DNA of 64,000 bases from an uncultured Actinomycetes bacterium. Its GTDB lineage: Bacteria > Actinomycetota > Thermoleophilia > RBG-16-64-13. Position numbers and translations under genes: made by a program. Under the pieces are notes generated by a model. It saw only the letters and a program-made list of their open reading frames with translations. It searched no databases and was not told where the DNA came from. The stretch is taken from NCBI GenBank assembly GCA_963706025.1, contig CAVPLM010000005.1, positions 704,001 through 768,000 of the forward strand. Direction: 5' to 3'. Positions 30,580-40,384 of this stretch are shown in pieces; the first letter of the stretch is position 1; each line of letters opens with the position of its first letter.

Positions 30580-32016
30580 CTACTCTCTAGGACCCAGGGG
30601 GATCGTCACCTGGAACACCGTGGAGGGTCCTTCACCCACAAGCTCGACCCGGCCGCCAAGCACTGCGCAGATCTCACGGGCGAGTGCCAACCCCAGTCCG
30701 AACCCTTCGCTACGACGTCCCTCCTTACCGCGATAGAACCGGTCGAAGATACGAGCTCTCTCCTCTGCCTCCAGGGGCGGTCCTCCGTTCGAGACCTGGA
30801 TGACAAGATCGACTCCCTGCGTATGCAGGCGCACCGTAACGGGGTCGGCCCCTCCGTAGAGCACCGCGTTGCGCAGGAGATTGGCGACCACCTGACGCAG
30901 CATGTCGGGGTCGGTGACGACACCCGTCTCTCCGCCGGCCTCGATCGCGATGCGGCTCGGTTGGGCCAATCCGACGTTGACGAGACGATCCACCTCTTCT
31001 CGCACCAGAGCTTCCACCGAGAAGGCCGTGAAGGTCGGCTGGTACTCGCCAGAATCGTACCGGGACAGGGTGAGCAAAGCATCCACCAGGCGCTGGAGCC
31101 GGGACGATTCCCTGTAGATGGCGGCCGCCGAGCGCTGTTGCTGCTCCTGGGTGCCCGCCGTGCCATCGAGGAGGGCCTGCGCAAACCCCTGTATGGAAGT
31201 AAGCGGCGTGCGTAGCTCGTGAGCGGCAGAGCCCACAAAACCGCGAAGCGATTCCTCGCTGTGCTTGACCTCCCGGCGCATCGTCTCGAGGCTCGTGGCC
31301 AGTTCCTGGACCTCTCCCGGATAGTCGCCGGTCACGGGCTGATCGTAAGAGCCCGCGGCCATCGCCTGAGCGGCGGTCGAGAGCCTGCGAAGCGGCCGGG
31401 ACATCCAGGATCCCAACCCCAGACCGACCGCCACAGCCAGCGCGATGGCGATGACTCCGGAAACAAGCAGGACTCGGAAGAGATCTCGCCGGCCCGAGAA
31501 CGCGTCGACCACGGCCAGAGTCACCGCTGCTTGGCCTCGGGTTCCGTCGCTGAGTTGGATAGGAGCAGCCGCCAGAAGTATGTCGGTCCGCCTCCCGGCG
31601 GTATCTACAACCGATCTGACTCTGTCGGCACCCGCGCTTGAACCTCCTAGCGACTCCGCCTCCTCCCGCAGGCGATCCAGATTCGGACCCCTGGCGGGGG
31701 TCCTACCCACCTTCGCCGCTACCTCCGAGTCTCGGAAGACTACGATCCCCGCTCCGGTCGGCAGGCCCCGGAGATCGGAGCGCAAGAGAACGTTCAGCAC
31801 TCTCGCACCTATGAGGCCGCCCGGCAGGGACTCGTCCAGTCCTTCGACCTGCTCCGCCACCTGTACGGCTTGGTCGAGCAGTATCTCCTTCTGGCGATCG
31901 AGGATGTAGCCTCCGAGAAAGAAGTAGAAGACCAGACCCACCACCAACAGGGTGAAGACCGAGACTCCGGCCAACGCCAGGACCAGGCGCGCTCGGATGG
32001 AACGACCCCCGCTCAA
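30580..32016 (-). CDS. HAMP-domain sensor histidine kinase
   Basis: Two TM segments, AHELRTPLT, NLLRNA, FDRFYR, GFGLGL. Confidence 0.94.
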   Translation of the reverse strand: MSGGRSIRARLVLALAGVSVFTLLVVGLVFYFFLGGYILDRQKEILLDQAVQVAEQVEGLDESLPGGLIGARVLNVLLRSDLRGLPTGAGIVVFRDSEVAAKVGRTPARGPNLDRLREEAESLGGSSAGADRVRSVVDTAGRRTDILLAAAPIQLSDGTRGQAAVTLAVVDAFSGRRDLFRVLLVSGVIAIALAVAVGLGLGSWMSRPLRRLSTAAQAMAAGSYDQPVTGDYPGEVQELATSLETMRREVKHSEESLRGFVGSAAHELRTPLTSIQGFAQALLDGTAGTQEQQQRSAAAIYRESSRLQRLVDALLTLSRYDSGEYQPTFTAFSVEALVREEVDRLVNVGLAQPSRIAIEAGGETGVVTDPDMLRQVVANLLRNAVLYGGADPVTVRLHTQGVDLVIQVSNGGPPLEAEERARIFDRFYRGKEGRRSEGFGLGLALAREICAVLGGRVELVGEGPSTVFQVTIPLGPRE

Positions 32017-32744
32017 GGCGACGCTTCCGGATCGACTCTATATCCCAGGCCCCACACGGTCTGGATGATCCGGCCCCAGGGGCCCAGTTTCTTGCGCAGT
32101 TGGCCGATGTGGACGTCCACCGTACGTGCATCCCCATAGAAGCTGTAACCCCACACTTCCTCCAACAGCCGTTCCCGGGTCAAGGCCAGACCCCGATTCA
32201 GCAGCAGGTAGTGGAGCAGCTCGAATTCCTTCGGAGTCAGGTCCACGAGCTCGCCGTCGATGCGCACGGTCCGCTCCAGCGGTGATACTTCGACGCCTCC
32301 CAGGACCTGGTCGTGAGCGGAAAGGTCCGCCTGCGCCCCCACCCTACGCAGAACCGCTCTCGTCCGCGCGACCAGCTCTCCCGGGCTGAACGGTTTGACC
32401 ATGTAGTCATCCGCGCCCAGTTCGAGACCGAAGATCTTGTCCTGTTCCGCATCTCTCGCGGTGAGTATGATCACGGGCACCTGCGAAGACCGCCTTATGG
32501 CCTTCAATACCTCGAAACCAGATCGGTCCGGCAGCATGAGGTCGAGCACGACCAGAGCCGGGTCCCTCGCCCGTACTAGGTCGATGCCGGCATTGCCCAG
32601 GGCGGTGACGTGCACCACATAGCCCTCTCGGCTCAGATAGAGCTCGAGCAGCTCGGAGATCGAGGGGTCGTCCTCGACGACCACGACAACCGGCCCATTT
32701 GTCACTCCCTCGACCGAAACCACTCTGGGTCTTGCCCTCCTCAA
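32013..32744 (-). CDS. OmpR-family response regulator
   Basis: VEDD, LDLMLP, GADDYMVKPFS, LTPKEFELL, RTVDVHI. Confidence 0.95.
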   Translation of the reverse strand: MRRARPRVVSVEGVTNGPVVVVVEDDPSISELLELYLSREGYVVHVTALGNAGIDLVRARDPALVVLDLMLPDRSGFEVLKAIRRSSQVPVIILTARDAEQDKIFGLELGADDYMVKPFSPGELVARTRAVLRRVGAQADLSAHDQVLGGVEVSPLERTVRIDGELVDLTPKEFELLHYLLLNRGLALTRERLLEEVWGYSFYGDARTVDVHIGQLRKKLGPWGRIIQTVWGLGYRVDPEASP

Positions 32745-32843
32745 ACCCTCCTCGGGCCGGCACCTGCCTGCGGTTCTTGACGACCTAATACTTTGCCTCC
32801 CGCCGCCGGTTCCCTCCGTCTGATACGCGGCCGAATGCAGGCC

Positions 32844-32880
32844 GCCCTGGCAGCGGAGACCCAGTCTCCGCTGCCAGGGC
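32844..32880. terminator. Perfect 17-bp hairpin (terminator or mRNA stabiliser)
   Basis: GCCCTGGCAGCGGAGAC-CCA-GTCTCCGCTGCCAGGGC just downstream of the 32891 stop; no U-tract. Confidence 0.6.
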
Positions 32881-32890
32881 CGGGCCGGTC

Positions 32891-33317
32891 TTAGTTGATG
32901 CCCGACACGGCTCCCGCCGCTCCGGCCGCCTCGTCACCCGCGCCAAGATACTTGTTGGTCAGGTCGCGCAATTCCTTGAGAGTCGCCTTGAGTGCCTCTC
33001 GGGCCTCATTGAGGGCCTCGCGCTTGTCCTTGGCCGTCTCTACCAGCCGGTCGTACGCCGCCTGATCCTCAGGCGTCATCTTCTCCCGGACCAGTTGCAT
33101 CAGCGCCTTCTGGCGCTGGATCCATTGCTCCTTCTTCTCTTTCAGCGCTTCACGATCGAGCGGTCCCGGCTTGCCGGCAGCCGTCAAGACCGTTCGGTCG
33201 GCCGCAACGGCCTGACCGTCACCAGTCGCGGCCGCCAAAGCCACCGCTCCCACGCGACAGAAAGATGGCCAGCGCAAGAGCCAAAAGTAGCCACTGGCGT
33301 TTCCACAGGCGCTTCAT
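32891..33317 (-). CDS. Secreted helical protein, Spy/CpxP-like (frameshift near 33255)
   Basis: AAGGAGGTG RBS, MKRLWKRQWLLLALALAIFLS signal, then coiled-coil with MTPEDQAAY. Confidence 0.6.
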
Positions 33318-33374
33318 GACTCACACCTCCTTGCTCATCGAGACGGGGTTCTTGGACTCAGTGTCGCGCGATAA

Positions 33375-33390
33375 TGTGAGGGAACTGTGA
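33375..33390 (-). promoter_or_regulatory. OmpR-type direct-repeat operator
   Basis: TCACA-N6-TCACA (11-bp period) upstream of the secreted protein-RR-HK cluster. Confidence 0.5.
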
Positions 33391-33445
33391 AAGAATCCCG
33401 AAATATCCAACAAGACCACGAGGTTCGGGGCTGAATCAGACTACG

Positions 33446-34934
33446 ATGCGCTACGAGAGTCACAGTGATGACGAACGCCGTTTCATGCTCGGCGTACTAG
33501 GTCTCGAGTCCGTCGACGACCTCTTCGCTCTCATACCCCCACCGCTGCGGCGGACAGAGCTACGACTGGCGCCCGGGCTCAGCGAGCCGGAAGTGCGCGA
33601 GACCATGGAAGCCCTGGCCTCTGCCGACCGTCCGCCGGGTCCGACGTCGTTCCTGGGAGCAGGTTGCTACAGCCACTTCGTGCCTGCCGCCGTTCGTGCT
33701 CTGACGGGCCGCGGCGAGTTCGCCACGGCCTACACCCCCTATCAGGCGGAGGTCAGCCAGGGCACGCTCCAATACATCTTCGAGTTTCAGAGCTGCGTCT
33801 GCGAGCTCACGGGCATGGAGGTAGCCAACGCGTCCCTCTATGACGGACCCTCGGCGCTGGCCGAGGCCGCCTTCATGGCGTTGCGCCTCACTCGGAGGGA
33901 GGGGATACTGATCTCGTCCGGCGTCCACCCGGAGGCCGCTCAGGTGGTGGCCAGCTACGCCGCCGGCCCCGATCTCCCTATCTACGGATGGCCCCTGGAC
34001 CCACGCTCGGGAGCCACCGGCACCATCGATGGTCATCTACCGGCGGGCGGTCCAGGGGTCGAAGGTCTCGCAGGACTCCGTCGGGGCGGTGCTGGTGCAA
34101 CAGCCCAACGTGCTCGGAGTGGTCGAGGACCTGAAGCTGCTCGCGGAGGCCGCACACAGCCTCGGCGCCTTGCTGGTGGTCGCGGTCAACCCGGTGACGC
34201 TCGGGATCCTGGAACCGCCGGGCACGGCCGGGGCGGATATCGCGGTCGGCGACGTGCAGGTGTTCGGCAACGCCCCCACCTTCGGAGGTCCGTCCGCGGG
34301 CTTCCTGGCCTGCCGCGAGGCTTACACCCGGCAGATCCCAGGACGTCTGGTGGGTCAGACCCTCGATGAGGACGGGCAGACCTGCTACACCCTGACGCTG
34401 CAGGCCCGCGAGCAGCACATCCGCCGGGCCAAGGCCACCTCCAACATCTGCTCCAACCAGTCCCTGAACGCGCTCGCCGCCACCATACACCTGAGCCTGC
34501 TCGGGCCCCAGGGATTGCGCCGCCTGGGAGAGATCTGCCTGCAGCGCGCCCACCACCTCCAGGTCGAGCTTTGCTCCCTGCCTGGAGTGGAGCCTCTGAT
34601 GGACGGCCCGTTCTTCCACGAGTTCGCCTTGAAGCTCCCTTGCTCCGCCGATTGTTTCAGAACCGCCATGCGCGACCGAGGCGTCGATCCAGGCGTTCCT
34701 CTGAGTCGTCTGCTCGCCGCCCGTGCGCCCCTGGCCGGCGCCGCCGAGACCGGCGCCGCCGCGACCGGCGCCGCCCCAACCGACGGGGGTCCAGTGAGTC
34801 TGGGCCTGATCGACAACGCGCTTCTGGTCGCGGTGACCGAGTCCAACCCGCCTGAGGCCCTCGAACTGTATGTGGCCGCCGCTCGCGAGGTGCTCGCCCG
34901 ACTCGCCCCTTCCTCGAAGGACCGCCCTCAATGA
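33446..34934 (+). CDS. gcvPA: Glycine dehydrogenase subunit 1 (frameshift near 34040)
   Basis: FLGAGCYSH, YTPYQAEVSQG, NASLYDG, TLQAREQHIRRAKATSNICSNQ. Confidence 0.94.
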
Positions 34935-36481
34935 CGACCGGGCATCCGGAACCCCTCATCTTCGACAAGAGCGTTCCCGGTCACGGGGGGCTCGATCTTC
35001 CTTCCCCGGGGGTGCCGGCAGCCGACCTTTCTTCTCTCCTCCCGGGGGTACGTCTTCGCCACGACCCTCCCCGCTTGCCGGAAGTGGCCGAGCCTCAGGT
35101 GGTGCGGCACTACACGCGCCTTTCTCAGCTCAACCACTCGGTGGACACCGGCTTCTACCCTCTGGGGTCATGCACCATGAAGCACAACCCCAAACTGAAC
35201 GACGAGCTGGCGGCTCTGCCCGGCTTCGCCCGGCTGCACCCCTATCAGGCCGAAAGCGAGGTCCAGGGGATCCTTCGGTTGATGCACGAGCTGGAAAGAG
35301 CTCTGGTGGAAATCACGGGCATGCATCGGGCGACCCTGCAGCCCGCGGCCGGGGCTCAAGGGGAGCTCGCCGGGATCCTTATGATCAAAGCCTACCACCG
35401 CGACCACGGCGGCTCTCACCGAGATACCGTCATCGTCCCCGATTCCGCCCACGGCACCAATCTGGCCAGCGCTGCGATGGCCGGCTACCGAGTGGTGGAG
35501 ATCCCCAGCTCTCCCCAGGGCCTTATCGATCCCGCCGTGCTGCGCAGGAGCCTGTCTGACCGCACCGCCGCTTTGATGCTGACCAATCCCAACACTCTGG
35601 GACTGTTCGAGGAGGACATCCTCGAGATCTCAGGCCTGGCCCACGAGGCCGGCGCCCTCTGCTACTACGATGGGGCCAACCTCAACGCGATCATGGGCAA
35701 GGCCCGCCCGGGCGACATGGGCATGGACGTGGTCCATGTGAATCTGCACAAGACCTTCTCCACTCCCCACGGGGGCGGCGGCCCCGGCTCCGGTCCGGTT
35801 GCAGTCACCGCCCGGCTCGAACCCTACCTGCCGGTCCCGCTGGTGCGCATCTCCCCAGCCGACGAGGCCTATACCCTCGACTACCAACGTCCTCACAGCA
35901 TCGGCCGCATCAAGGGTTTCTACGGCAACGTCGGCGTCCTCATCCGGGCCTATGCCTACCTACTCCGGATGGGCGGGGACGGTCTCGCCCGAGCCAGTGA
36001 GGACGCGGTGCTCAGCGCGAACTACCTTCGTGTCCGACTGCGAGCCAGTTACCAGGTCCCTTACGACCGCATCTGCATGCACGAGTTCGTGCTCTCGGCC
36101 GCGGCCCAGGCAAGACGCGGCGGCACGGCCCGCGACATCGCCAAGCGCATCCTCGACTTCGGCATGCACGCACCCACCATCTATTTCCCCCTGATAGTGC
36201 CGGAAGCCCTCATGGTGGAACCGACCGAGACCGAAGACCTGAGGACTCTGGACACGTTCGTCGAGGTCATGGAACGCATCGACCGCGAGATAGACGAGGA
36301 TCCGGAGATAATCCGCCGGGCCCCGATCTCTACCCCGGTGCGCAGACCGGACGAGACGAGGGCCGCCCGGGAACCCATCCTGCGCTGGGTCCGTCGCGAA
36401 GATCAAGATCCAACTCCACCCCCACCGGCAACGCCTGGATTTGGCGCCGGTCGAGGTTTCGGGGATAATCAAGCGCCATGA
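34931..36481 (+). CDS. gcvPB: Glycine dehydrogenase subunit 2
   Basis: YPLGSCTMKHNP, AHGTN, NLHKTFSTPHGGGGPGSGP, EPTETE. Confidence 0.96.
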   Translation: MTTGHPEPLIFDKSVPGHGGLDLPSPGVPAADLSSLLPGVRLRHDPPRLPEVAEPQVVRHYTRLSQLNHSVDTGFYPLGSCTMKHNPKLNDELAALPGFARLHPYQAESEVQGILRLMHELERALVEITGMHRATLQPAAGAQGELAGILMIKAYHRDHGGSHRDTVIVPDSAHGTNLASAAMAGYRVVEIPSSPQGLIDPAVLRRSLSDRTAALMLTNPNTLGLFEEDILEISGLAHEAGALCYYDGANLNAIMGKARPGDMGMDVVHVNLHKTFSTPHGGGGPGSGPVAVTARLEPYLPVPLVRISPADEAYTLDYQRPHSIGRIKGFYGNVGVLIRAYAYLLRMGGDGLARASEDAVLSANYLRVRLRASYQVPYDRICMHEFVLSAAAQARRGGTARDIAKRILDFGMHAPTIYFPLIVPEALMVEPTETEDLRTLDTFVEVMERIDREIDEDPEIIRRAPISTPVRRPDETRAAREPILRWVRREDQDPTPPPPATPGFGAGRGFGDNQAP

Positions 36482-37609
36482 CGACGGCCATCGCGAGGAC
36501 TCAGCCACATAGTCGCCGCAGGTCCCGCCGACATCTATCGATGTCGATAGGCGTCGTGATCGCCCTGGCAGCGCTGGCGTATCTGCTCCTGCCTACTGCA
36601 CACGTCAACACCCGCAATCTGGTCCAGGTCAACGGCGTCACCTATGCGGTCCCTCCCACCGCCACGGCGTCCGGCCTCAGCGAGATCTCCGCCCTTCTCG
36701 CCCGACCCGGGTCGAGCTTGGACATCACCGGCGACGTGTTCGCACTGGCGCAGGGCGCTCCGGCCAAACGAAAGATCGACGATCTCCCTCTGGCCGGGGA
36801 CTCCGTTCTCACCGACGGGGCGCTCGTGGAAGTCCGCCACGGCGAGCACCGGCTCGAGACCATACGACAGAAGACTCAAGCCATGCCCTTCGAGACCGTT
36901 TACGAGGGCAGTGGGCCCATCGTCAGCCTAGTGCAGTCCGGCGCCTCCGGCAAGCGAGAGCTGTTCGTGGGGTCGTCCAGCGGCAAACAGGCGGCCGTGT
37001 TCCTGCTCTACCTCTCCCCAGAATGCCGTGGTCCAGCGCAGCAAGACCGCGAAACCCGGACAGAAGATGGCCGCACTGACCTTCGATGACGGCCCCGGCA
37101 CCTATACTCAGGCGGTGCTCGATGCGCTCGCGGCCAAGCACGTGCCGGCCACTTTCTTTGTTCTTGGGGGCGCCGCCGCGGGCAACAAGGCCATGATCAA
37201 GGCCATCAAGGCCGCCGGCCACGAGGTGGAGAACCACACCTGGAGCCACCCCGTTCTCACCGAAGTCAGCGCGGAAAGAGTGCGCAGCGAGATCTCCCGC
37301 ACCAATGCCGTGATCGGGGGCGGCCGCTTCCTGCGGCCGCCCTACGGGACCTACAACGCCGCCGTCGCGGCGCAGGCCCACGCGCTGGGGCTCCGAATCG
37401 CGCTGTGGACCGTCGACACCCTGGACTGGAAGCATCCAAGCGTCGAGTCGATCATGTCCTACGTGAAAGCCAAGACCAAGCCGGGGGCCATCATCTTGAT
37501 GCATGACGGCGGGAAGAATCGCTCACAGACTGTGGCGGCCATCCCGGTCATCGTCGACTGGCTCTTCGCCCGCGGTTACTCCCTGACCACGGTGGAGCAA
37601 CTGCTCTGA
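36478..37609 (+). CDS. Membrane-anchored polysaccharide/peptidoglycan deacetylase with G5-like region (frameshift near 37015)
   Basis: N-terminal TM; NodB motifs ALTFDDGP, NHTWSH, RPPYG, DW, ILMHDGG. Confidence 0.85.
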
Positions 37610-37649
37610 CGGGGTGGGGAGTCGCGCTGCTCGTCCGGTCCTCGTTCGT

Positions 37650-37674
37650 GTTTAGTATGTCGCCACGAGGGTAA
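37650..37674 (+). promoter_or_regulatory. SigB/SigF-type promoter
   Basis: GTTT-N15-GGGTAA ~35 nt upstream of the anti-anti-sigma gene. Confidence 0.6.
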
Positions 37675-37707
37675 TAGCGACACATCGACCGAAACCCGAT
37701 AGACCCG

Positions 37708-38067
37708 GTGACAATGGATGTAAGGGTGACCAGTCTCGAAGAGACGCCACTCGTCGAGGCTTGGGGAGACATAGACCACAATAGCTGCGGCTCCATCGAA
37801 GCAGTTCTCGACGGGGCTCTCGCGTCCGGTAGCGCCAATGTCCTTTTCGACCTGAGCCAGGTCACTTATATCGACAGCGGTGGGCTTTCTGTGCTGCTCT
37901 CCGCGGTGCGCTTGCTGCGCGATCGAGGCTGGCTGGGGGTCATCGGTCCCAACGCGAACGTGCGACGCCTTTTGGAGATCGTAGGGTTGCTGGTCGACCC
38001 CAACTTCCGGGTTTTTGAAGACAGAGAGACGGCTGCTGCAGCCCTTGCAGGACAGGTGACCGTCTGA
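37708..38067 (+). CDS. Anti-sigma factor antagonist (STAS, RsbV-like)
   Basis: GDID, DLSQVTYIDSGGL, VRRLLEIVGL. Confidence 0.9.
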   Translation: MTMDVRVTSLEETPLVEAWGDIDHNSCGSIEAVLDGALASGSANVLFDLSQVTYIDSGGLSVLLSAVRLLRDRGWLGVIGPNANVRRLLEIVGLLVDPNFRVFEDRETAAAALAGQVTV

Positions 38068-38528
38068 TGCCCCCTGACGACTCGAGGTCGATCGACGATC
38101 TGAGACCGCCAGGCGATCCCACGTTCCACCGGGTCATCCAAGTCGAGGCTCAGACCTCCCGCCTGGCGGACGTGAGACGGTTCGTGGAGGAGGTGGCGAG
38201 CGATGCCGCTCTCGATCTGGAGCGGATCTTCGACCTCAAAGTAGCCGTCTCCGAAGCCTGCGCCAATGTCGTGGAGCATGCCGGCTGCCACCCTCTGCCC
38301 TTGGAGGTCAGCGCCCGGCTGCACGCCAGGCGCCTCACTTTCATCGTCACCGACAACGGCCCATTCCGGGCGCTTTCGTCGGCCCGTGAGGAATGTCGCA
38401 GCAGGGGGCTGGGGATGCCGCTCATGGTGGCGCTCATGGACGAGGTCAGCTTTGCTCGCGCCCCCGGCGGTGGCACCACGGTAAGCCTGTCGGTGCTTCT
38501 CGACCGGGCTACGGCTCAACCCGCCTAA
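38067..38528 (+). CDS. Anti-sigma factor kinase (RsbW-like)
   Basis: AVSEACANVVEHA, VTDNG, GLGMPLM..LMDEV..GT. Confidence 0.9.
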   Translation: MPPDDSRSIDDLRPPGDPTFHRVIQVEAQTSRLADVRRFVEEVASDAALDLERIFDLKVAVSEACANVVEHAGCHPLPLEVSARLHARRLTFIVTDNGPFRALSSAREECRSRGLGMPLMVALMDEVSFARAPGGGTTVSLSVLLDRATAQPA

Positions 38529-38549
38529 GTCGGCGGCAGCCGCGAGGGC

Positions 38550-39617
38550 TTACCCGCTGCCGGCGAAGCGCACGTTCAACAAGTATCCCCCGGCTTGATC
38601 GCGGTCGACGAGACGTCCGATGACCGCGGCGGCCGAGGTGTCTCTGGCCGTCAGCGCCTGGACCGCTTCCGCCGTCCTCTCGGACGGCACCGCCAGGACG
38701 AGACCGCCGGACGTCTGGGCATCGGCGCACAGGAGCCTCTGCCAGGATTCCAGCCCCGGCTCGAAGCTGGTCCAGGGCTGCACGTACTCCAGGTTGCGCT
38801 TGGTCCCCCCGGGGATCACGCCTTGTCGCGCCAGTGTCTCCGCTTCAAAGAGCAAGGGTAACCGGTCGTACCAGACTTCCGCCGCCACCCCACTTGCCCG
38901 GCACAACTCACTGAGGTGGCCCAGGAGGCCGAAACCGGTGATATCCGTAAGCGCACGCGCACCACAGGCTCGGGCCACCTCGGCTGCATCGCGATTGAGC
39001 GCCGCCATGGTGGCGGTGGCGGCGGCGATGGCCTCTGCCGAAGCGTTTCCCTGCTTGATGGCGGTCGCGACTACTCCGGTGCCGAGCGGCTTGGTGAGCA
39101 CGAGGACGTCGCCGGGCCTGCCGGCTGCATTGGTCAATTCCTGTCCCGGCTTGATCAAGCCGGTGACGGCCAGCCCATATTTGGGCTCGGGGTCGTCGAT
39201 GGTGTGGCCACCGACGATGGTGGCCTCGGCGAGCCGGGCCGTCTCTGCCCCACCCTGCAGGATCCTCGCCAGGTACTCGAGCGGCAGGACGCCCGATGGG
39301 AAGCAGACGATATTGAGGGCAGTCAGAGGCCGACCACCCATCGCGTAGACGTCGGAGAAGGCGTTGGCGGCGGCGATGCGGCCGAAATCGTAGGGGTCGT
39401 CGACCACCGGTGTGAAGAAATCGACCGTCTGCACCAGGGCGATCTCATCAGTAAGGCGGTAGATGGCCGCATCATCCAGCGTGTCCGCCCCCACCAGAAG
39501 GGCGGGATCTTCCACCCGCGGCAGCATATCCATGACCTGCCCCAAGTCCTTGGGGCCCAGTTTGCAGGCTCAGCCTGAGCCGTGCGAGAGGGTGGTCAGC
39601 CTCGGGACCGCCTCCAT
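38550..39617 (-). CDS. selD: Selenophosphate synthetase, selenocysteine form (U16)
   Basis: MEAVPRLTTLSHGSG-TGA-ACKLGPKDL in frame with DDAAIY, QTVDFFTP, DVYAMGG, DITGFGLLGH, QTSGGL; AAGGAGGTG RBS. Confidence 0.96.
39539..39556 (-). promoter_or_regulatory. SECIS-like hairpin of selD
   Basis: GCCCCAA-GGAC-UUGGGGC starting 13 nt after the UGA (39570-39572). Confidence 0.75.
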
Positions 39618-39640
39618 CGACCATCACCTCCTTTCGTCCA

Positions 39641-39678
39641 CGCCGGTTTCAGCGTCGCGCCGGTCTCAGCGTCGCGCC
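39641..39678. repeat. 17-bp tandem repeat, ~2.2 copies
   Basis: CGCCGGT(T/C)TCAGCGTCG repeated in the selD upstream region. Confidence 0.8.
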
Positions 39679-39818
39679 GCTGTGCGGGTCGTCGCCCTGC
39701 GCATGTCACACCCATCTGTGCCTCACCTGTGCCGGCACGGGGAAACACTAGCAGACGACCGGTTCGCGGGCCAACCGCTCTGCCGGTGGACGGGCCCGCC
39801 GGCCGACAGGTCCGCAGC

Positions 39819-39867
39819 CGATCACCCCGCCGGGCGATCACCCCACCGGGCGATCAATCCGCCCGCG
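39819..39867. repeat. 16-bp tandem repeat, 3 copies (third degenerate)
   Basis: CGATCACCCC(G/A)CCGGG repeated. Confidence 0.75.
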
Positions 39868-39892
39868 CCCCTTCGCTGCACAACGTGTGCGA

Positions 39893-39926
39893 TTGACACC
39901 TGCATGCTCTTGCAATAGAGTTGCAA
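39893..39926 (+). promoter_or_regulatory. Promoter with overlapping Fur-family-like operator
   Basis: TTGACA-N17-TAGAGT; palindrome TTGCAA-TAGAG-TTGCAA (39910-39926) covers the -10. Confidence 0.72.
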
Positions 39927-39931
39927 TAACC

Positions 39932-40384
39932 ATGACTCATCATGCCACCCGCACCTTGCAGGAATTGGGCTACCGACTGACCCCCCAGCGCACGCTCGTG
40001 TGGGACGTGCTTCGCGAGCACGGAGCCCACATGAGCGCCGAAGATGTCTGCGTCAGAGTTCAGGAGCAGTTCCCCCACATCAACATGTCCACCGTATATC
40101 GCACCCTGGAGCTATTGGTGGACCTCGATCTGGTGAGAGAGACGCATCTCGGTCCCACCCGGCGCTTCTTCGAAGTGGAAGAAGAGATCCCTCACCATCA
40201 CCTGGTCTGCGAGGTATGCGGTCGGGTGACTCACGTGCACGACGAAGACCTGGGAGATCTGAGCGCCCTTCTGCTTCGCGAGCAGGACCACTCGGTCCGA
40301 GAAGTGACGGTGTTCGGCCTTTGCAGCACCTGCCGAATCGACGCGGAAGGAGGAAGCCGGTGCACATCCCCGACGGATTCGTAG
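39932..40384 (+). CDS. Fur-family regulator (Nur/Zur-like)
   Basis: YRLTPQR, STVYRTLELL, HHHLVCEVCG, GLCSTC. Confidence 0.92.
   Translation: MTHHATRTLQELGYRLTPQRTLVWDVLREHGAHMSAEDVCVRVQEQFPHINMSTVYRTLELLVDLDLVRETHLGPTRRFFEVEEEIPHHHLVCEVCGRVTHVHDEDLGDLSALLLREQDHSVREVTVFGLCSTCRIDAEGGSRCTSPTDS

Noticed and set aside
39641-39867. Short repeats as a CRISPR array or iterons
   Set aside because: 16-17 bp head-to-tail units without spacers; no cas or rep genes nearby.
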